Positions 25,043 to 39,400 are shown, counted from the whole stretch's first letter. The stretch: 63,705 nucleotides of DNA, filler included, from Reticulomyxa filosa (GCA_000512085.1; 22 parts of 22 records of this genome joined end to end with filler, not necessarily neighbours in it); one strand, 5' to 3'. Numbers and translations are program-made. Notes: a model not told the origin generated them from the letters alone.

Positions 25043-28000
25043 ATGGTTCGTTGTTTTTCTTTTTTTTTTTTCAACTGGCTTAAAAGAGAGAATATTGGTG
25101 TGAGCAAAAAAACTGGAGCCAATTTTTTATTTAAAAACAACAAAAATACAAGGCCAAAAATTTTGTGATTGAGCCTTATGGCACTGAACGAATAATTTTC
25201 AAACCGAGTGGCTTAGACAAAGATGGAGAAATGTCGGAACATGCGAAAAAGCTAAGTTGGAAACAGTTGTTGCAGACAATCAAGGACCAATTGAGATTGG
25301 ACGACATATCGACATTCCTTTTGGTAAGGAAGGACAATCCAGACGATCAAATAGATAACGATGGCGATCTAATGGATATTTGGAACGAACTCAAAAATGG
25401 AGAGACAGTATTAAAAATGGTTAAATTTTTTTTTTTTTAACATAGGATAGCAAAAAAAAAAAAAAAACCTTTTAAAAAAAAACAGAGATGCTTGGCAATA
25501 ATGAAAGAGAACAAGCGGATAACATGGTGCCCAAAGCATTCAAATGACCCCAATTTTCGTTATGAATTGGAAAAACAAAATTGGAGTCAGCACTTTGAAA
25601 ATTTAAAACAAGTGATAGGAGTGTCAAACGACGGTGAAAGATTGCAAGAGAGCGAGCAAGGAAAGATAATTCGGAGTGGCGAGGATTTGAAGGCAATTTG
25701 GACAAGTCGATACAAAACGTCTGAGACGTGTTGGTTGCAAATGAAATTGTCCAATCCAAGTGACGGTGAACACGGAGAGGATAACGTGAGCTCATATGCA
25801 AATGGGCGAACGAAGGGAGAACAGAGTGACAACCAAGACCAAAGTGACTCCAAATTGGCTGTCAATGGATTGGGTGAAGAGGGTGAAAAAGATAGCTCTG
25901 CGCCCCCAGGAATCGAACATAGATACCAAGCAAAGGTCCAAAGAAAAGGATTCGCAGCAGAAGAAAAACTCGAGGAAATGGGTTTCAACATAAAATTCAT
26001 GTTGGAGTTAGTAAAAAAAGCAGAGGAAGCAGCCGAGCAAATTAGAAATAAAAACGTGATATTACTTCTTGGAGGCACGGGTGCGGGCAAGTCTTCATTA
26101 ATCCACTTTCTAGCGGGGTCTACGATGGAACAACAAACAGTGGATGGGCAATCTCATATTGCTCCAAAGAATGTGAAAAACAAGGCTCTGGATAATGTCA
26201 AAACAAGTGTGAAAACAGTATCAGAGACCAAATATATCACCGCTGTTCCAATTGATTTGAAAGAGATGGGCGTATATGGAGACCAAGACTCGATTATTCT
26301 TTGTGATACCCCTGGCTTTGAAGATACAGGTGGTCCTGAAATCGATGTCGCCAATGGCATTGGCATTATTAAGGCACTTAAAAATTGCAAAAGTGTCAAA
26401 CCCATAATTCTCATCGCATATACTGCTTTGGGAAATAGAATGAATGGTGTTCGAGGACTGGCTCGGACTTTGGTCGGAATTATTCCCTCTATCAAAGATC
26501 ATCTCACTACTTTTTCGTACGTACTCACCAAATTCCCTGACAAAGAAAAATCATCTTTCCATGCCATGGTGAAAGACACTCTCACGAATATGCCAAAAGA
26601 TGAATCGGACGAGGGGTACAAAGCACTGTTGGCTGACATTGTAAAAAAAACACAGAAACAAGTGATTGCACCCAATTTAATAGAAGACTCGCCCAGCGAA
26701 TTGTTGGAAAAATTTTCTGATCTTGAATTCTTCATTCAGGATCCAAGTGATGCATTCCAGCCTTTCCTCACTGAAAAATCCAGTGCGGCAGTTCGATTGC
26801 AAGTTGAAAAACACAAAGCCAGTGTCTTACTTGCATTCAAATATCACAAGTATCAAAGCGCCAAAGACAAATTGGATGATCTCGTTGGCCTAAATGGCGT
26901 TTTGAAAAATGGTGACATTGAGAGCAATTACAATGACTGTGTCAAGAAATTGACTCAAGAGTGGAATGATAAAATTGAACATGCCAAGAGTACCTTCAAC
27001 AGAGATATGGCGGCTTCACATGCAATCAATAAAGAGGACGTTTTTACTTATAAAAAAATACTTGACGAACTCAAATCTGCTGACTCATTGAGAAATCACT
27101 TGAAAGATGCAATTAGTGCCGATGCCTTGACGCAAAACTTGAATGATCAAACACGTCATTTGATTACTGAAATTGAAAAAAATATGGAAAATGAAATTGC
27201 ATTAAAAACACATTTGGACAAATTGGCACAAGTGAGAAACGTCTTTCCCAACTTTGCGCCTGTTTATAAACAAGCTTGTCAAACATTGGCAAACCGATTA
27301 ACCATTTCTGCAAATAATGCAAAAGAGTCGATTGAAAAGGATAAATTTGAAGAAGTGAGAAAAAGTTTGGAGGCAATTGTAAAAGTATTGCCTCTTCAGT
27401 CCAATTTGGTTTCCTTGTTTGATATCAAAAACGAAATAAAAAACTTGGAGACATTGTTGATGGCCCGTTTACATAATCTAACAGATAAAGGACTTGCTGT
27501 TATCAAAAGAGCAGTAAAAGATGAATCCGATTCAAAAAAAGAAGAAAAAGATGACAATTCCTCTTCTGTTCGAATTGATAAACTTGCCAAACCTGACATT
27601 GAATTGTTGGAAACAAATGTAATAATATTGGAGACAGCAATGAATGTATTTGAACCACCTTGTGAACATTTCAATCTTAGTAAACCAACAAAAGAATTAT
27701 TCCTTTCATTTTTAAATGAAATAATTGTTTATTTTGATAAAATCAGTCAAAAAATAACATCTCTTTTCGAAAAACAAAGATATCATGCATTTGATGAAAT
27801 CAAAGGATTTGTGAATATTATGGATGCTCTTCGAAAGATAAAGGCGGTTGAACAAAGAACACAAAGATCTTATTTCCAAATTATTGAAAGAATATTTGGA
27901 TTTGTACGTGATGTTCAAAAAGATGTAGACGTGATGCTTCCTTTATTAAACAAACAAGATTCTTCATTTGATTATAATCGACTTTTTGAATGTGTAGGTT

Positions 28001-29897
28001 GTGTGAATCGATCAAAATGGATTGTTGAAAAACAAGGAAGTGAAAGTACTGAATTAATGGACACCATCAAAGAGAAATTGATTGTGCATTTATGTGAATT
28101 GCAACAATCATGCCAACATTTGGAATTGGATTTGGATCATCCAGATCATTTGGAACAAGGCCGAAAAGTAGTCAATCATCTCGACAAATTGCGCAATTTA
28201 GAGGCAATCATTCCGGAAATTTCCACTTATCGTAAAGAAGTTGGTGTTCAAATTGAACATGCCATTCGAGCAACATTGTCGACAATCGAAGATGAATACT
28301 CATTAGGCAAAAAAGATGTCAATTATCAAAGGGAAATCAAGGAACAATTGATGAAATTGAAAGTGTATGCAGAAAGTCTTATTAATGCCAATGCATTTTT
28401 GCAGCAAAAAGAATTGAATAGTGCACATGATCTGGAGTCTCATATTAGCTCCATTGAAGATGAGCTGAAGACGAGCGAAAAAACTTTTGAAGAAAAAAAA
28501 AAGATTTTGAGAATGAAATTCAAAAATTAGAGGAAAAAGTGGCATTATTGGGGGATATGAATTCTGAGTACCAACAATTGGCCAAAAGGAATTGGAGAGA
28601 GAAAAACAAGGCTATCCCACAAAAAGCCGTTGAATTTTTGGCAGAACAAGGGTACAAATCAATTGAAGAATTGGAAAATAAAGAACAAAGAGAAAAGGAA
28701 AAGTTAGACGCAGTTGGAGAAGAAGCAAAGCAATTTGAAGAATCTCAGGTAAAAAGAATCGACGAATTAAAAGGAGATTTAAAAAAATATCAACAAATCA
28801 AAAAAGAATTTCAGAAATTACAATCAAAAGAAAAGATGGCATTTGAGAATGCCTCTGAATTTTTGAAAAGTCGAGATTTTTCAGAAACTGAAATCATAAG
28901 ATGGGTGAATAATGAACCTGAACTCGTTGAAAAGATTAAACAATATGAACGAGAAATTGAAAAATTTAAAACAGTAGGATATAATTTTGGTGTATTAAAT
29001 GCTGCAAGAACAGAAAAAGTATTAAATTATTTGAAAGAATGTAAATCAACTCCATTTTCTTTTACTGATGATAAAAATGGAGATAAAAAACAAGGTACTT
29101 TGAAACAAGATCTTGGAAAAGCATTACATTCAGTAGAACATTATTTAAGATGTTATTGTGAATTTGTTCATAATCAACTTCGATCTTTAGATTATACTGA
29201 AATTGCAACTGTTTCAAAAACTGATACAAATGATTTTGCAGATAAAGTAGAAACTATTTTAAATCGATTAAATGAAATATCAAAATTAGAAAAGAATCAT
29301 CCAGTTATATTTTCATTCTTTCCACAAGATATGATGAAACAATTAATTGGTAAACTTGAAAAATGTTGGTTGGATTTATCTGATGAAATGATGAAATTAG
29401 CAAGAAATAATTTACAAGCATTAAAAAGTAAAATTTTTGTAACTAAAGTATTAAGCGCATTAGATGAATATACCAAACCCAATTGTAAATTTCGTGATTT
29501 GTTTATGAAATATCAAGAAATTCTATGTAATGATGTCATTGATACTTCTAAAGTGTTGAAAGCCATTGAAGAGCATCTCTACACGGAAGTGGCTGCAGAA
29601 ATGTCTAAACTCAATCAACGAAGAGATGGCGATGGAAATGCGGAAAAAGTGTTTGATGAGGTAAAAGATTCGTTATCACGTTCATTAAAGGCCTTGACGA
29701 GAGGCACTATGGTGAAGGTGGTAATGCTAGGTGACAATGAAGTGGATTTGCAAAATGTGATAAAATTGGAAGAACAATTGCAATCGATCGAAGATGCAAA
29801 GAATTTTGTGTTTGAGTATGTGGATAAAAAGACTCAACAAGATATTGAAAAAATGGAGTATGAAACAAAAGCATCAATTGAAAAATGGATATTAAAG
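25043..29897 (+). CDS. PB1-like x2 + P-loop GTPase + long helical region (paralog B, >1500 aa), 3' truncated
   Basis: ATG | intron 25046-25152, in frame with AKNFVIE...DQIDNDGDLMDIW. G1 GGTGAGKS, SET, G3 DTPG, TKF. ORFs 25492-28530 and 28539-29897 join across an A10 run (28493-28502). Confidence 0.87.
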
Positions 29898-31782
29898 NNN
29901 NNNNNNNNNNNNNNNNNNNNNNNNNNNNNNNNNNNNNNNNNTTAATTAATTAANNNNNNNNNNNNNNNNNNNNNNNNNNNNNNNNNNNNNNNNNNNNTTT
30001 GTTAATAAGATAAAATATATTTGGAAGCTAAATCATCACAGTATTCAATGCTAAAAGATAAAATTTGATTCATTTTTATAATAATTTTTATTCATTGTAA
30101 AATATGCCATTCTGCAATAAAAAATAATCTTTTTTCCATTTGTCCAATATATGTATTTATTATATTCTCCATTCTTGCAAGTTCCAATTGTGTTTGATTT
30201 CTAAAAATTCATTCTAACAAATCTTTTTTTTTCTGAAACAATGCCGAAATGCGAATATATTGGAGTGTAAGAAAAAGAATGACTACTACATTTGTGAGAA
30301 ATCTTGCAATAAAAAATGTTTCAATTGTAACTATTGCATAAATATTTTTTAATACTACTATTTATTTTTGTATGCAAAGAAAAAATGATGTTTGGCAAGT
30401 TGTGCTTCTTCAAAGTTAAACCCAAGCAACTTTGCGTTGCAGCATTCTGCGTAGATAATCTTCCGTTTCTTTAATTCATCCTCAATACTATTTTTCTTTG
30501 ATTCATAATGTACCCCTTTCTTCATTATTCTTAAATATTGATCTTTTCCACGTAATATTTTGACTGGACCATTTTAAATTTTTGTTTCAATTGATCTTTT
30601 ACATACCATCAAATAACGAAATAAATTTGTTGTTGACATCAAAGTGCAATCTAATAATACATTTAAGTATTTTCCATATTATGTGATTTACACAAACTGA
30701 CATTAAATTATATATTATTAGATCTGAATGATTAACTAATAATTGAAAATAATATAAACTTGTTTGATAGCCCTAAGCCCTAAGCGGCACGATTCCTCCA
30801 AGAGATCATTGTTTAATTGATTTGGAAAAACTTATGTTGAATAAAAATTAGTTTTGTTTTTACACTGCAAACAATACAAAGAATAATAATTTTTGTGTCA
30901 ATTAATTTTTGATGGATTATTCAACAAAAATTGAAAAAGGTTGTCTGGCTCCATATTCAAAGGAATTAAAAAATTTAACGAAATTACAGTCGTTAGATTT
31001 TAGGTCTATACGTTAAGCTTGATATTTTTTTGTAAAATAGATATGCTTTTTTTTTCCAATTAAATTTGACAGTTTGACAGGACAATATGATCAAAATTTG
31101 AAATTTGATTAAATTTTAATATTTGGATTTGAATCAAAATTGGTTACCTCTTTTTTGTTCCTTCCCCATCAACTCTTTAGATATTTTCTCCTCGGTAAAT
31201 TTCAAAGAACATGCGAATATATATTACAAGGATAATGGCTTGTTTCCACTTCTTTTAAATTCTACTTTGACTCCTTTGTAAAAAAAATGCAAAATAAAGA
31301 GATTTTGCTTGTAACATCAGTTTTGAATTAATTTCAACTTTATACATTTGTATAATTTCAAATCCTTGTTCAGTTTTTGCCTTTTAAGAATCTATTGTCC
31401 AAATAATTTTGTTGATATGTCAAATCGTTGACATTTTCCCAAATACAGTGTTTTTTAAATTAAAAAAAAAATACATTCCAAACGTTTTTAAATTGTTTTT
31501 ATATTCCTCCAAAGAATGACGAATATGCAATGTTTTTTGAATGNNNNNNNNNNNNNNNNNNNNNNNNNNNNNNNNNNNNNNNNNNNNTTAATTAATTAAN
31601 NNNNNNNNNNNNNNNNNNNNNNNNNNNNNNNNNNNNNNNNNNNGACACATCAATTACAAAAACAGATTATGTGTTGTGTTCACTTTTTTGTTATGTCGAC
31701 TTTCTTTTTTTTTTTTTTTGGCAAGCAAATTAAACAAATACAACACAACATATTAGACTTGTGCAACGCTTGACATATGATA

Positions 31783-32648
31783 TTACATTGATGTTGGCAG
31801 ATTTGACGTCATTGCAACTACTTGTTCAACAGTTACCAAATATCCTATATTGTACTGAAATGGTATTGCATTTGCGATTTGTACTTTTTGCTTTTTACTT
31901 TTTACTTTTGCTTTGATGATATATGATTGTATTGCATGAAACATTCTATTCTTTTTGATATTGATACAGCCACAAATCCAATGATCATTGATATTGATTG
32001 GAAAGATAACCTTTTCCAAGTCAAAAATTGTTTTGACATTTTTGTAAAGGTATCTTCTATGTAGCTATTTTGTATATTATAACATAATAAAAATATATAT
32101 ATACAAATATAATAACAAAGTTATACCTGATCAGTCATCGTCCATCGACTGACAGCACTATAGTTATATCCATTGCCCGCCAACTTGCTATAAAAAAAAG
32201 AATTTAGCAATACTACACTACTCTTGCATTCTCCACTATTGGACCGCTTTACAAGCATCGCAGCATAGTAATTTATTATTTCGTCGTTCAACCATTTCCT
32301 TGGTGTTAACAACAAAATGTCACTTACAATCAACTTCCCATATTCTCCATCAACAATTAAAGCTCGTTCATCCTTTTTAGCTTTTTTCAATGCTTTGTGA
32401 ACAATAATTTTTTGTTCATCTGCTAGTGGTTGCAATTTTGTAGCTTTTATCATCGTTGAATCAATTTGATGAAATTGCTCCACCTTTTTCTTAAGCTGTT
32501 TTCTTTTCTTGTAAAAATTTTTTCTTTTTATGCTTCTAAATCCTCTTTTTTTGTAAGTAAATTTGATATCTTCAATATCAATATTATTCTTGGTATCATT
32601 TCTACCACTTAGACAATTATCTTTTACTTCGTCTAATTTCGATTGCAT
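31783..32648 (-). CDS. Ulp1/SENP (C48) SUMO protease-like, probably degenerate
   Basis: WLNDEIINYY, LLNSFFYSKL..GYNYSAVSRWT, IFPININDHW. The QxNxxDCG catalytic Cys motif was not found downstream. Confidence 0.8.
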
Positions 32649-32924
32649 CAGTTTATTCTCATTGTTTGAATTAAAATGTTTTAAAAATAAAATATTAGTT
32701 CTTTTTGTTTTTACAAANNNNNNNNNNNNNNNNNNNNNNNNNNNNNNNNNNNNNNNNNNNNTTAATTAATTAANNNNNNNNNNNNNNNNNNNNNNNNNNN
32801 NNNNNNNNNNNNNNNNNTCTCTCCAAATGTTGTAATTTTGTGTTTTAATGAAAAACGTTGAAATGGAATGTGATGTATGGTATACGTATGTACGTATGTA
32901 TGTGTGTGAAAAAAGAGAATAGTA

Positions 32925-33454
32925 GGGGACAGCCAAAAAAGATATACGGCAAATTATGAAATTTGCGGAAGAGTAGATCGAGTTTGTAGATAATAAAATG
33001 TCAAAGCTAGTAGTGAGAATTTTGAATGACACAAAAATCCCACAAAAATATTTGAATAACAGAATGTCAAAGAAACACATGTGGAATATGAAATACTTGA
33101 AAGTGTTCAAATGGCATTATTTATTAGAACATAAAGAACAAATGTGTATTCTCGAACACAAAAAATTTGAAAAAGCAATTTCTGATGCAAACTACTTTAA
33201 ACAACTCAAAAAATCACAAGAACTAAAAGACACATTTGTGCATATTGTTCTTTCTAAAAAGATACTTGGAAGTGTTCATTTCAAGTGATAGAGAAGAAGA
33301 TTATGGAACTATTGCTGCAGATGATGTGATTGCTCCAGGCGATAAACACAAAAGTACTGATGTCAAATTAGCGCAACTAGCGAAAAAACCAAAATTGATG
33401 GATAAATCAAAGAAAAATGTAAAACCAAAAAGTTGGATTTACTCGAAGAATTAA
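32925..33454 (+). pseudogene. ESF2: Pre-rRNA processing factor ESF2/ABT1 homolog, disrupted
   Basis: KFAEE*IEFVDNKMSKLVVRILNDTKIP...MWNMKYLKVFKWHYL matches the ESF2 EGWVEF..K..A..LN...LWNxKYL..FKW pattern. The conserved Trp codon is TAG, and there is a later frameshift. Confidence 0.7.
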
Positions 33455-35675
33455 TTATATCGGAAAAAGCCTTTGGAAGTGATTGATTTTTTGTCCATCC
33501 TTCATAACTTTCTTTGTATTTTTTATTGTTATCACTCCTGAAGACAAAAGTGATATTGATTTTACTATAAAAAAAGTTGTTCTTTTGTCAACGCAAGCCT
33601 CTTTAATGATCAGTGCGGTGCTAATGCAATTTCATTTTTTTAAAAGAAGCAAACAATCCAAATGCTTTTTTTTTAATACACAATATGAAAATGTTCAATT
33701 CGTTGTCATAAATCATAACATTAATAACTTCATATGTTTATATCGAAATATTTTTTAATGAAAAAAAAAAAAGTAGTTATCGTCTCTTTTGGTTGTCTCA
33801 ACTACTTTCATACATGGAATTTCTTCGGCAATCCGGGAATAAAAATTTTCTCCTTGAAAACTTTGAAAACAAGGATCGAAACAAATGATTTAACATAAAA
33901 AATAAAAAATCTGGAACTAGACCCTTTTTAATGAACTCTTCAACTCATCATTATTTTTATATTTTTATTTTTATTTTTAAATTAAAAATAGATTTTTATT
34001 CATTTATTCGCCCAATTTATAATTATGAGTTGTTTTGTCAAATTAATTGAAAATGTTTTAAAAATGAGAATAGCAGTTTTTTGGTTTCAAAGCTTTACGT
34101 TTTTCTTCTTACATTCGTAAAGAAACATGGAGAAGGGCACTGTGGATACACACAAACTTTTGATTGTTTGTTTGTTAGTCGCTGAATCAACGCCAATTTA
34201 ATTATGACAATAATGATTGTAATATACTCATTCAATGATAGTACAGTTTACTCATATCTGAAATGTGTAGTAGTGAGCAATGCATTCATAAGAAAAGGAG
34301 TTTTTGTGATGTAGGTATAATATTTTTACCATTGAAAAAATAAACAAGAAAAGGTTTGTAATTAGTTTGATGAGCAACAATAAATATTATCATCAAAAGC
34401 TGTCTAAGGAGGTTACCAGTTAATTAAGTCCTTTTGGTTGCTTTTGTGCTGTCAAAGTCCTTGCGACAGCTTTAAACGTTTTACACATCTCAATAAGTGC
34501 ATTCCTTCTATTTTTTAAATTTTCTTTTCGATCTTGTTGGCACGTTCAGCAAAGATTTGTAGTCCAATTGAACCAAAAAAAAGGTGTATCAGTCAAAAAC
34601 GTTAAAAAAAATAAAAACATATCCAACAANNNNNNNNNNNNNNNNNNNNNNNNNNNNNNNNNNNNNNNNNNNNTTAATTAATTAANNNNNNNNNNNNNNN
34701 NNNNNNNNNNNNNNNNNNNNNNNNNNNNNTTTTAAATGTTGATTGTATTTTCTTGCTATTAAAAAAAATGATGTGTTTTTTTTTAGGGTTCGAAATCGCG
34801 AAGATGTTAAAGAGTGGCAATCATAATTGAAAAATTTTTTCCTATGATTTATCAAGAGAAATTGTTTTTTCAATTTTCGTGATACTTTTATCAAGTATTG
34901 ATATTATTTTGCTTTTTAATAAAATAAAAGCTCAATAAAAAAATAATATTCCATGATTGTAGAACTCACAAAGTTAATACTGAATCAACTATTATTCAAT
35001 CAAGATATACTTAAACAAAATGTAAGAAATTTTTGAAAACAAAAATGGGATTAGATGTTGCATAGGAACAACACTATCAAATAATTACGAACATGTGAAA
35101 TACAAACAAATTTCTGTGTCTCATCAAGGAAATCAAACAAAACAACAATTAGTTTCAAGAAAGAGACTGTAAAAATGGTCATGAAGTCTCAACAAAATAT
35201 AAAGTGAAAATTTAATATTATGACTAACGACACAGTTTTATTTTATTGGTGTTACCGCACGAAATAGACTTTAAAAAATTTGTGATTACTTTGCAAAGTT
35301 ACACTTGAATACTCTTTTTGTAATTGAATAGTATATATATTTAGACCGACTATTCAAAACATGAATTGTGATATTGAATTTCTTTTCCTTTTACCAAAGC
35401 AAATTCATAGCATTGGCAAAGGCGAGTTGAATCAAATGGTCAAAAAATCAAAATGATTCTTGAAACAAATAAAGTGCCGAATAACAAAGAAAGAGAACAA
35501 CGACAATACAAAAAGAACTATGAATGATGACAAAATGGCACAAACATTTCTTTTATTGATTGGTCATGAATGACATTATTTTTGAGAAGAACAAAGGGAC
35601 AATTCACAATAAAACAAAAATTAACAAGAAAAGGAAAAACATAATAATAAAAAATTGTGATAAATTTGACAATAT

Positions 35676-36317
35676 TTACTTGACTATCGTGTCACAAAAA
35701 GTAGTAACACATTTATTTAAGGCAATGCGCCTTTTTTTTTTGGGCGGCAATGACAACGAATCACTTTCATCATTAAAGCAGAAAGCGTTGCTGTTGTCAA
35801 TAGTGATATCACTAACATGATTGCTATTATCACAAATATTCGATTGTTGATTCTGTTCCGGTTCAGTTCTTTCTTTTTCGTCATGTTCTTGTTCTTGTTC
35901 TATTTCTAGTTCATGTTCTTCTTCTTGTTCTTGTTCATTTGTTTCGTTCGGACAAATGGTAAGTTGTTGTGTTAGCACTCTTTTATTCCCTTGTTTTGTT
36001 TCTGTCATGGCACAATCGCCAGTGTCTTCTTCTTCTTCTGTGTCGCGTTGTTTTTTCAGTGACAACAACAATGTTAAAACAAAAGACATAAAAACAAGCA
36101 AACAGGCAATTACCCGCGGCATCTGAGGACATTTCTGGATCGCTCAACGAAGGAGTAGTGTCCCGTGCCACTTCAGAATGAATGGAAGGGAGTTGTTGTC
36201 GTGAAAGCGTTGGGTTATCCATATCAATGTGCGCCTCTGATCTCGATGAATCAGAAGTAGTGGGAGTGAGACTGGGAATGGGAGTAACAATGAAAATGGG
36301 AGTGGGAGTGGGAGTGG
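35676..36317 (-). CDS. Low-complexity acidic hypothetical protein, 3' exons
   Basis: E/Q-rich ORF with a basic PPKKKRR (NLS-like) motif. No family recognised. Confidence 0.4.
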
Positions 36318-36417
36318 NNNNNNNNNNNNNNNNNNNNNNNNNNNNNNNNNNNNNNNNNNNNTTAATTAATTAANNNNNNNNNNNNNNNNNNNNNNNNNNN
36401 NNNNNNNNNNNNNNNNN

Positions 36418-39400
36418 ATCATAATCATAATCATAATCACGACCCAAATGATCGTAATACACAACATAATAGTAATCCTGACAAAAGTCCACGCAACGAC
36501 GATGGCAATGTGAACAGCATGGTCTATCCACTGTCCAAAAGTACCATCGAGTTCTCATTGGACGGTGGCATTCGAAAAAACTCGTCTGTTGTGTCTACTG
36601 GCAGTCAGGTGACCACGGCAGACTCCGACAAATCCACTCGCAATGGCAAACTTAGCATGCGCTGGCTTCGATCCAATTCCTACTTCAAACTCAATCCCCA
36701 TCTCCATTTCTCTTTTCGTCCTCGCTTCGTCAACAGCAGAAAGTATCGTGTCGTCGATATCATTCAAGACGACATCGGATTTCAAATTTTTATGGACCAT
36801 TTGATGCAGTTACTTTCATCTTCAAGTTCTTCTCTGTTTTCCACGTCTCTTAGCTTTTTATTTCTACGTATACATTTTATACATACATTTTTTTTTTTTT
36901 TTTTTTTTTTTGATCAAATATTTTGAACGTGTACCCCCCCTTTCAATACAAATAAATCAGTGAATGCGCAGCGGAAAACTTGTCCTTTGCAATGGAGTTT
37001 CATTTATTTGTTTTTTTTTTTTTTAAAAAAAAAAAAAAACACACACACAAAATTTGGGCGGATATACTTTTTGCTATGTCGAATGTTTTGTATTGTGTTG
37101 GGGACTGGTTTACTCAAGGTGTTTGCAATTGAAGCATATGCTGTCCAAATCATAGTTGATAATACAGACAATAATTATACATTACATATACATGTATATA
37201 TGTATACATTGTATATGTAATGTATAATTATTTCAAATGTCACAAAACACAACAATTCACTTTTAAATTTTTTGCAATAAGACCTTAATTTAAAAAAAAA
37301 AAAAAAAAAAATACAAAGTCCACACTTGTCCGAAAAAACTCTGCTGCTCCCGATGCCAAATAACCTGCCCAATATACATCGGGGCGATTGTCCGTTGACA
37401 GGGTTTCGATTTATGCAATTGTACGAGCAGTACATCGACGACGGGCAGTATACCAATGCACCGAACATGATCAACATCCCTCACCAAGAGCGCTTATGTT
37501 GCACCTATGTATATACATTGGTAGCGAGATATTTCAATGTCGAACTGGACGTGGAATACGATTGTCTTGAGCCTTTGTCAGATTATCCCGTGGATACAGC
37601 CACGCTTACCTCTCATCAAATGTCCACCTCGGTTACCTCGTTCAACCCGAATCACGTCGGATATCAAACCCCACGAAATCTGTCCACCACGCAATGTTTC
37701 AAGGAAGGCGAAGGCAAAGACGGACTGCCTACAAGTATGATCGACGACATTGCACAGTTGCCAAGAGCAATGCCGGCGCTGGCTACAGTGCGATCTTGTA
37801 TGCTTATGTTTGACTCTTTCACCTGCCAGCTGTCTACCAAATGGCTCCATTTTGTAATAAAAAAAGAGTTTTCATACACATATCCTCTATTTTTTTATTT
37901 AAAAAAAAAAATATTATATACATACATATATATTTGTATACATATACATATATATATATATATATATATGTATACGTAGCGCAAGAAGATTTTAGTAATG
38001 AGATGCAGGCAACAATGAACCAAAAAAATGAAATGATAAAAAACACTCACAATGGCATGCATGTGGAGAAGAAGGCAAACGAACACAACGGCGGCAGCGG
38101 CGGCGGCGGCGTCGTCGTTAGCTCGATTGCAGAAATGGAGCTGGTTGAAACGAAAATCGGAAAGACAGACATGCAAATGTGGTCGGAAAGTCAGCCGAGT
38201 AAGAGCAATCAAATATTGGTATTTGACGAGGAATTCACTCCATTGAACGACACCATGTCCGCTTCATTAGTGCATTCGTCCGCTGTTATAAAAAAGCAGG
38301 ATTCCAATGATGTACTTCCTTCGATTTTGTTGCACAATCATCAGCATGCAGCAGCGATTGTAAATAAGCACGTGCACAGCAATACCAATGATATTGATGA
38401 CGATAATGAGAATGATGATAAAAATGAGAATGATAATAGTAATGGCAATGGCAATGGCAATGGCAATAGCAATGGCAATGACAGTGGTAATGTCAATACC
38501 AATGGACATAACAACGGTAATACCTATAGTGCCGAAGTGGAGCCAGTCACGACGACAATAACTCCAAAGAGCAAAGGAAATGGAGCCATGAATTCTCCCA
38601 AGCTGACAACCGTCCCATCCGCGGCCAATCTGAAAACAGTTAGCTTTGCACCTTCGCTCATTACCAATGCGGCGCATTCGCCAAGACTGTCCGCCACCAT
38701 TATCACGCCAAAGCTGGCATCGGCACCTTTGGACCAATCCACCGTGGGACAAGGGAGCGCTCGCAGTGATGGCACTCTGTGTCTGTCGCGCTATGCTGAA
38801 GCTTTGGAACAAGAATTACAATTTGAGGGAATCGAGCCGATGGATCACGATATTGGCATTGGCAAAGGCAGTCGTGGCGACTTTGTTGGCGCTAGTGCTA
38901 GTGCTAGTGCTGGTGAGGAGGAGGAGGAGGAGGAGGAAGAGGAGGAAGAAGAAACAGAGGGTGTACATGCTCCGCGAAGCAAGAACAGAGTGCCTCCGAA
39001 AAGACGCTCCAACACGCAAATGCAAATGCAAGTACAAATACAATCCCAACAAGCAGAGACCTCCAAAGAACGATACCTTTCGCAAAAGTACTGTTCTCCA
39101 CGTGAGCGTCCTGGAGACGACAAAAGCGTAGACACGACGAAAGATGGAGGCATTTGCGAAAAAAGTGCTCCAGTGTCTGCGCTTACCAAGTCCAAAGAGT
39201 GGAGCATGACCATTGTGAAAACCAAACATCGATCTTTTATGAGGTCTATGTCCGTGTTTTTGTTCTCGGCAAATTTGGTCATGCTGCCTTCACAAAAAGT
39301 GCTTGTCGACTATACACAAAACAACAAGTCCGAAAATATGCCAGATATCCTGGTCTTAAAGATGTTGGAAGCCTTGGATGGATGTTTATTATCTGTTCTT

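Noticed and set aside
30771-30784. Telomere-like CCCTAAG CCCTAAG
   Set aside because: Only two units, internal to the contig. Not enough to call.
29998-31543. Possible decayed coding sequence on the minus strand (e.g. ETEDYLRRMLQRKVAW)
   Set aside because: Too fragmented to assign to any family by eye.
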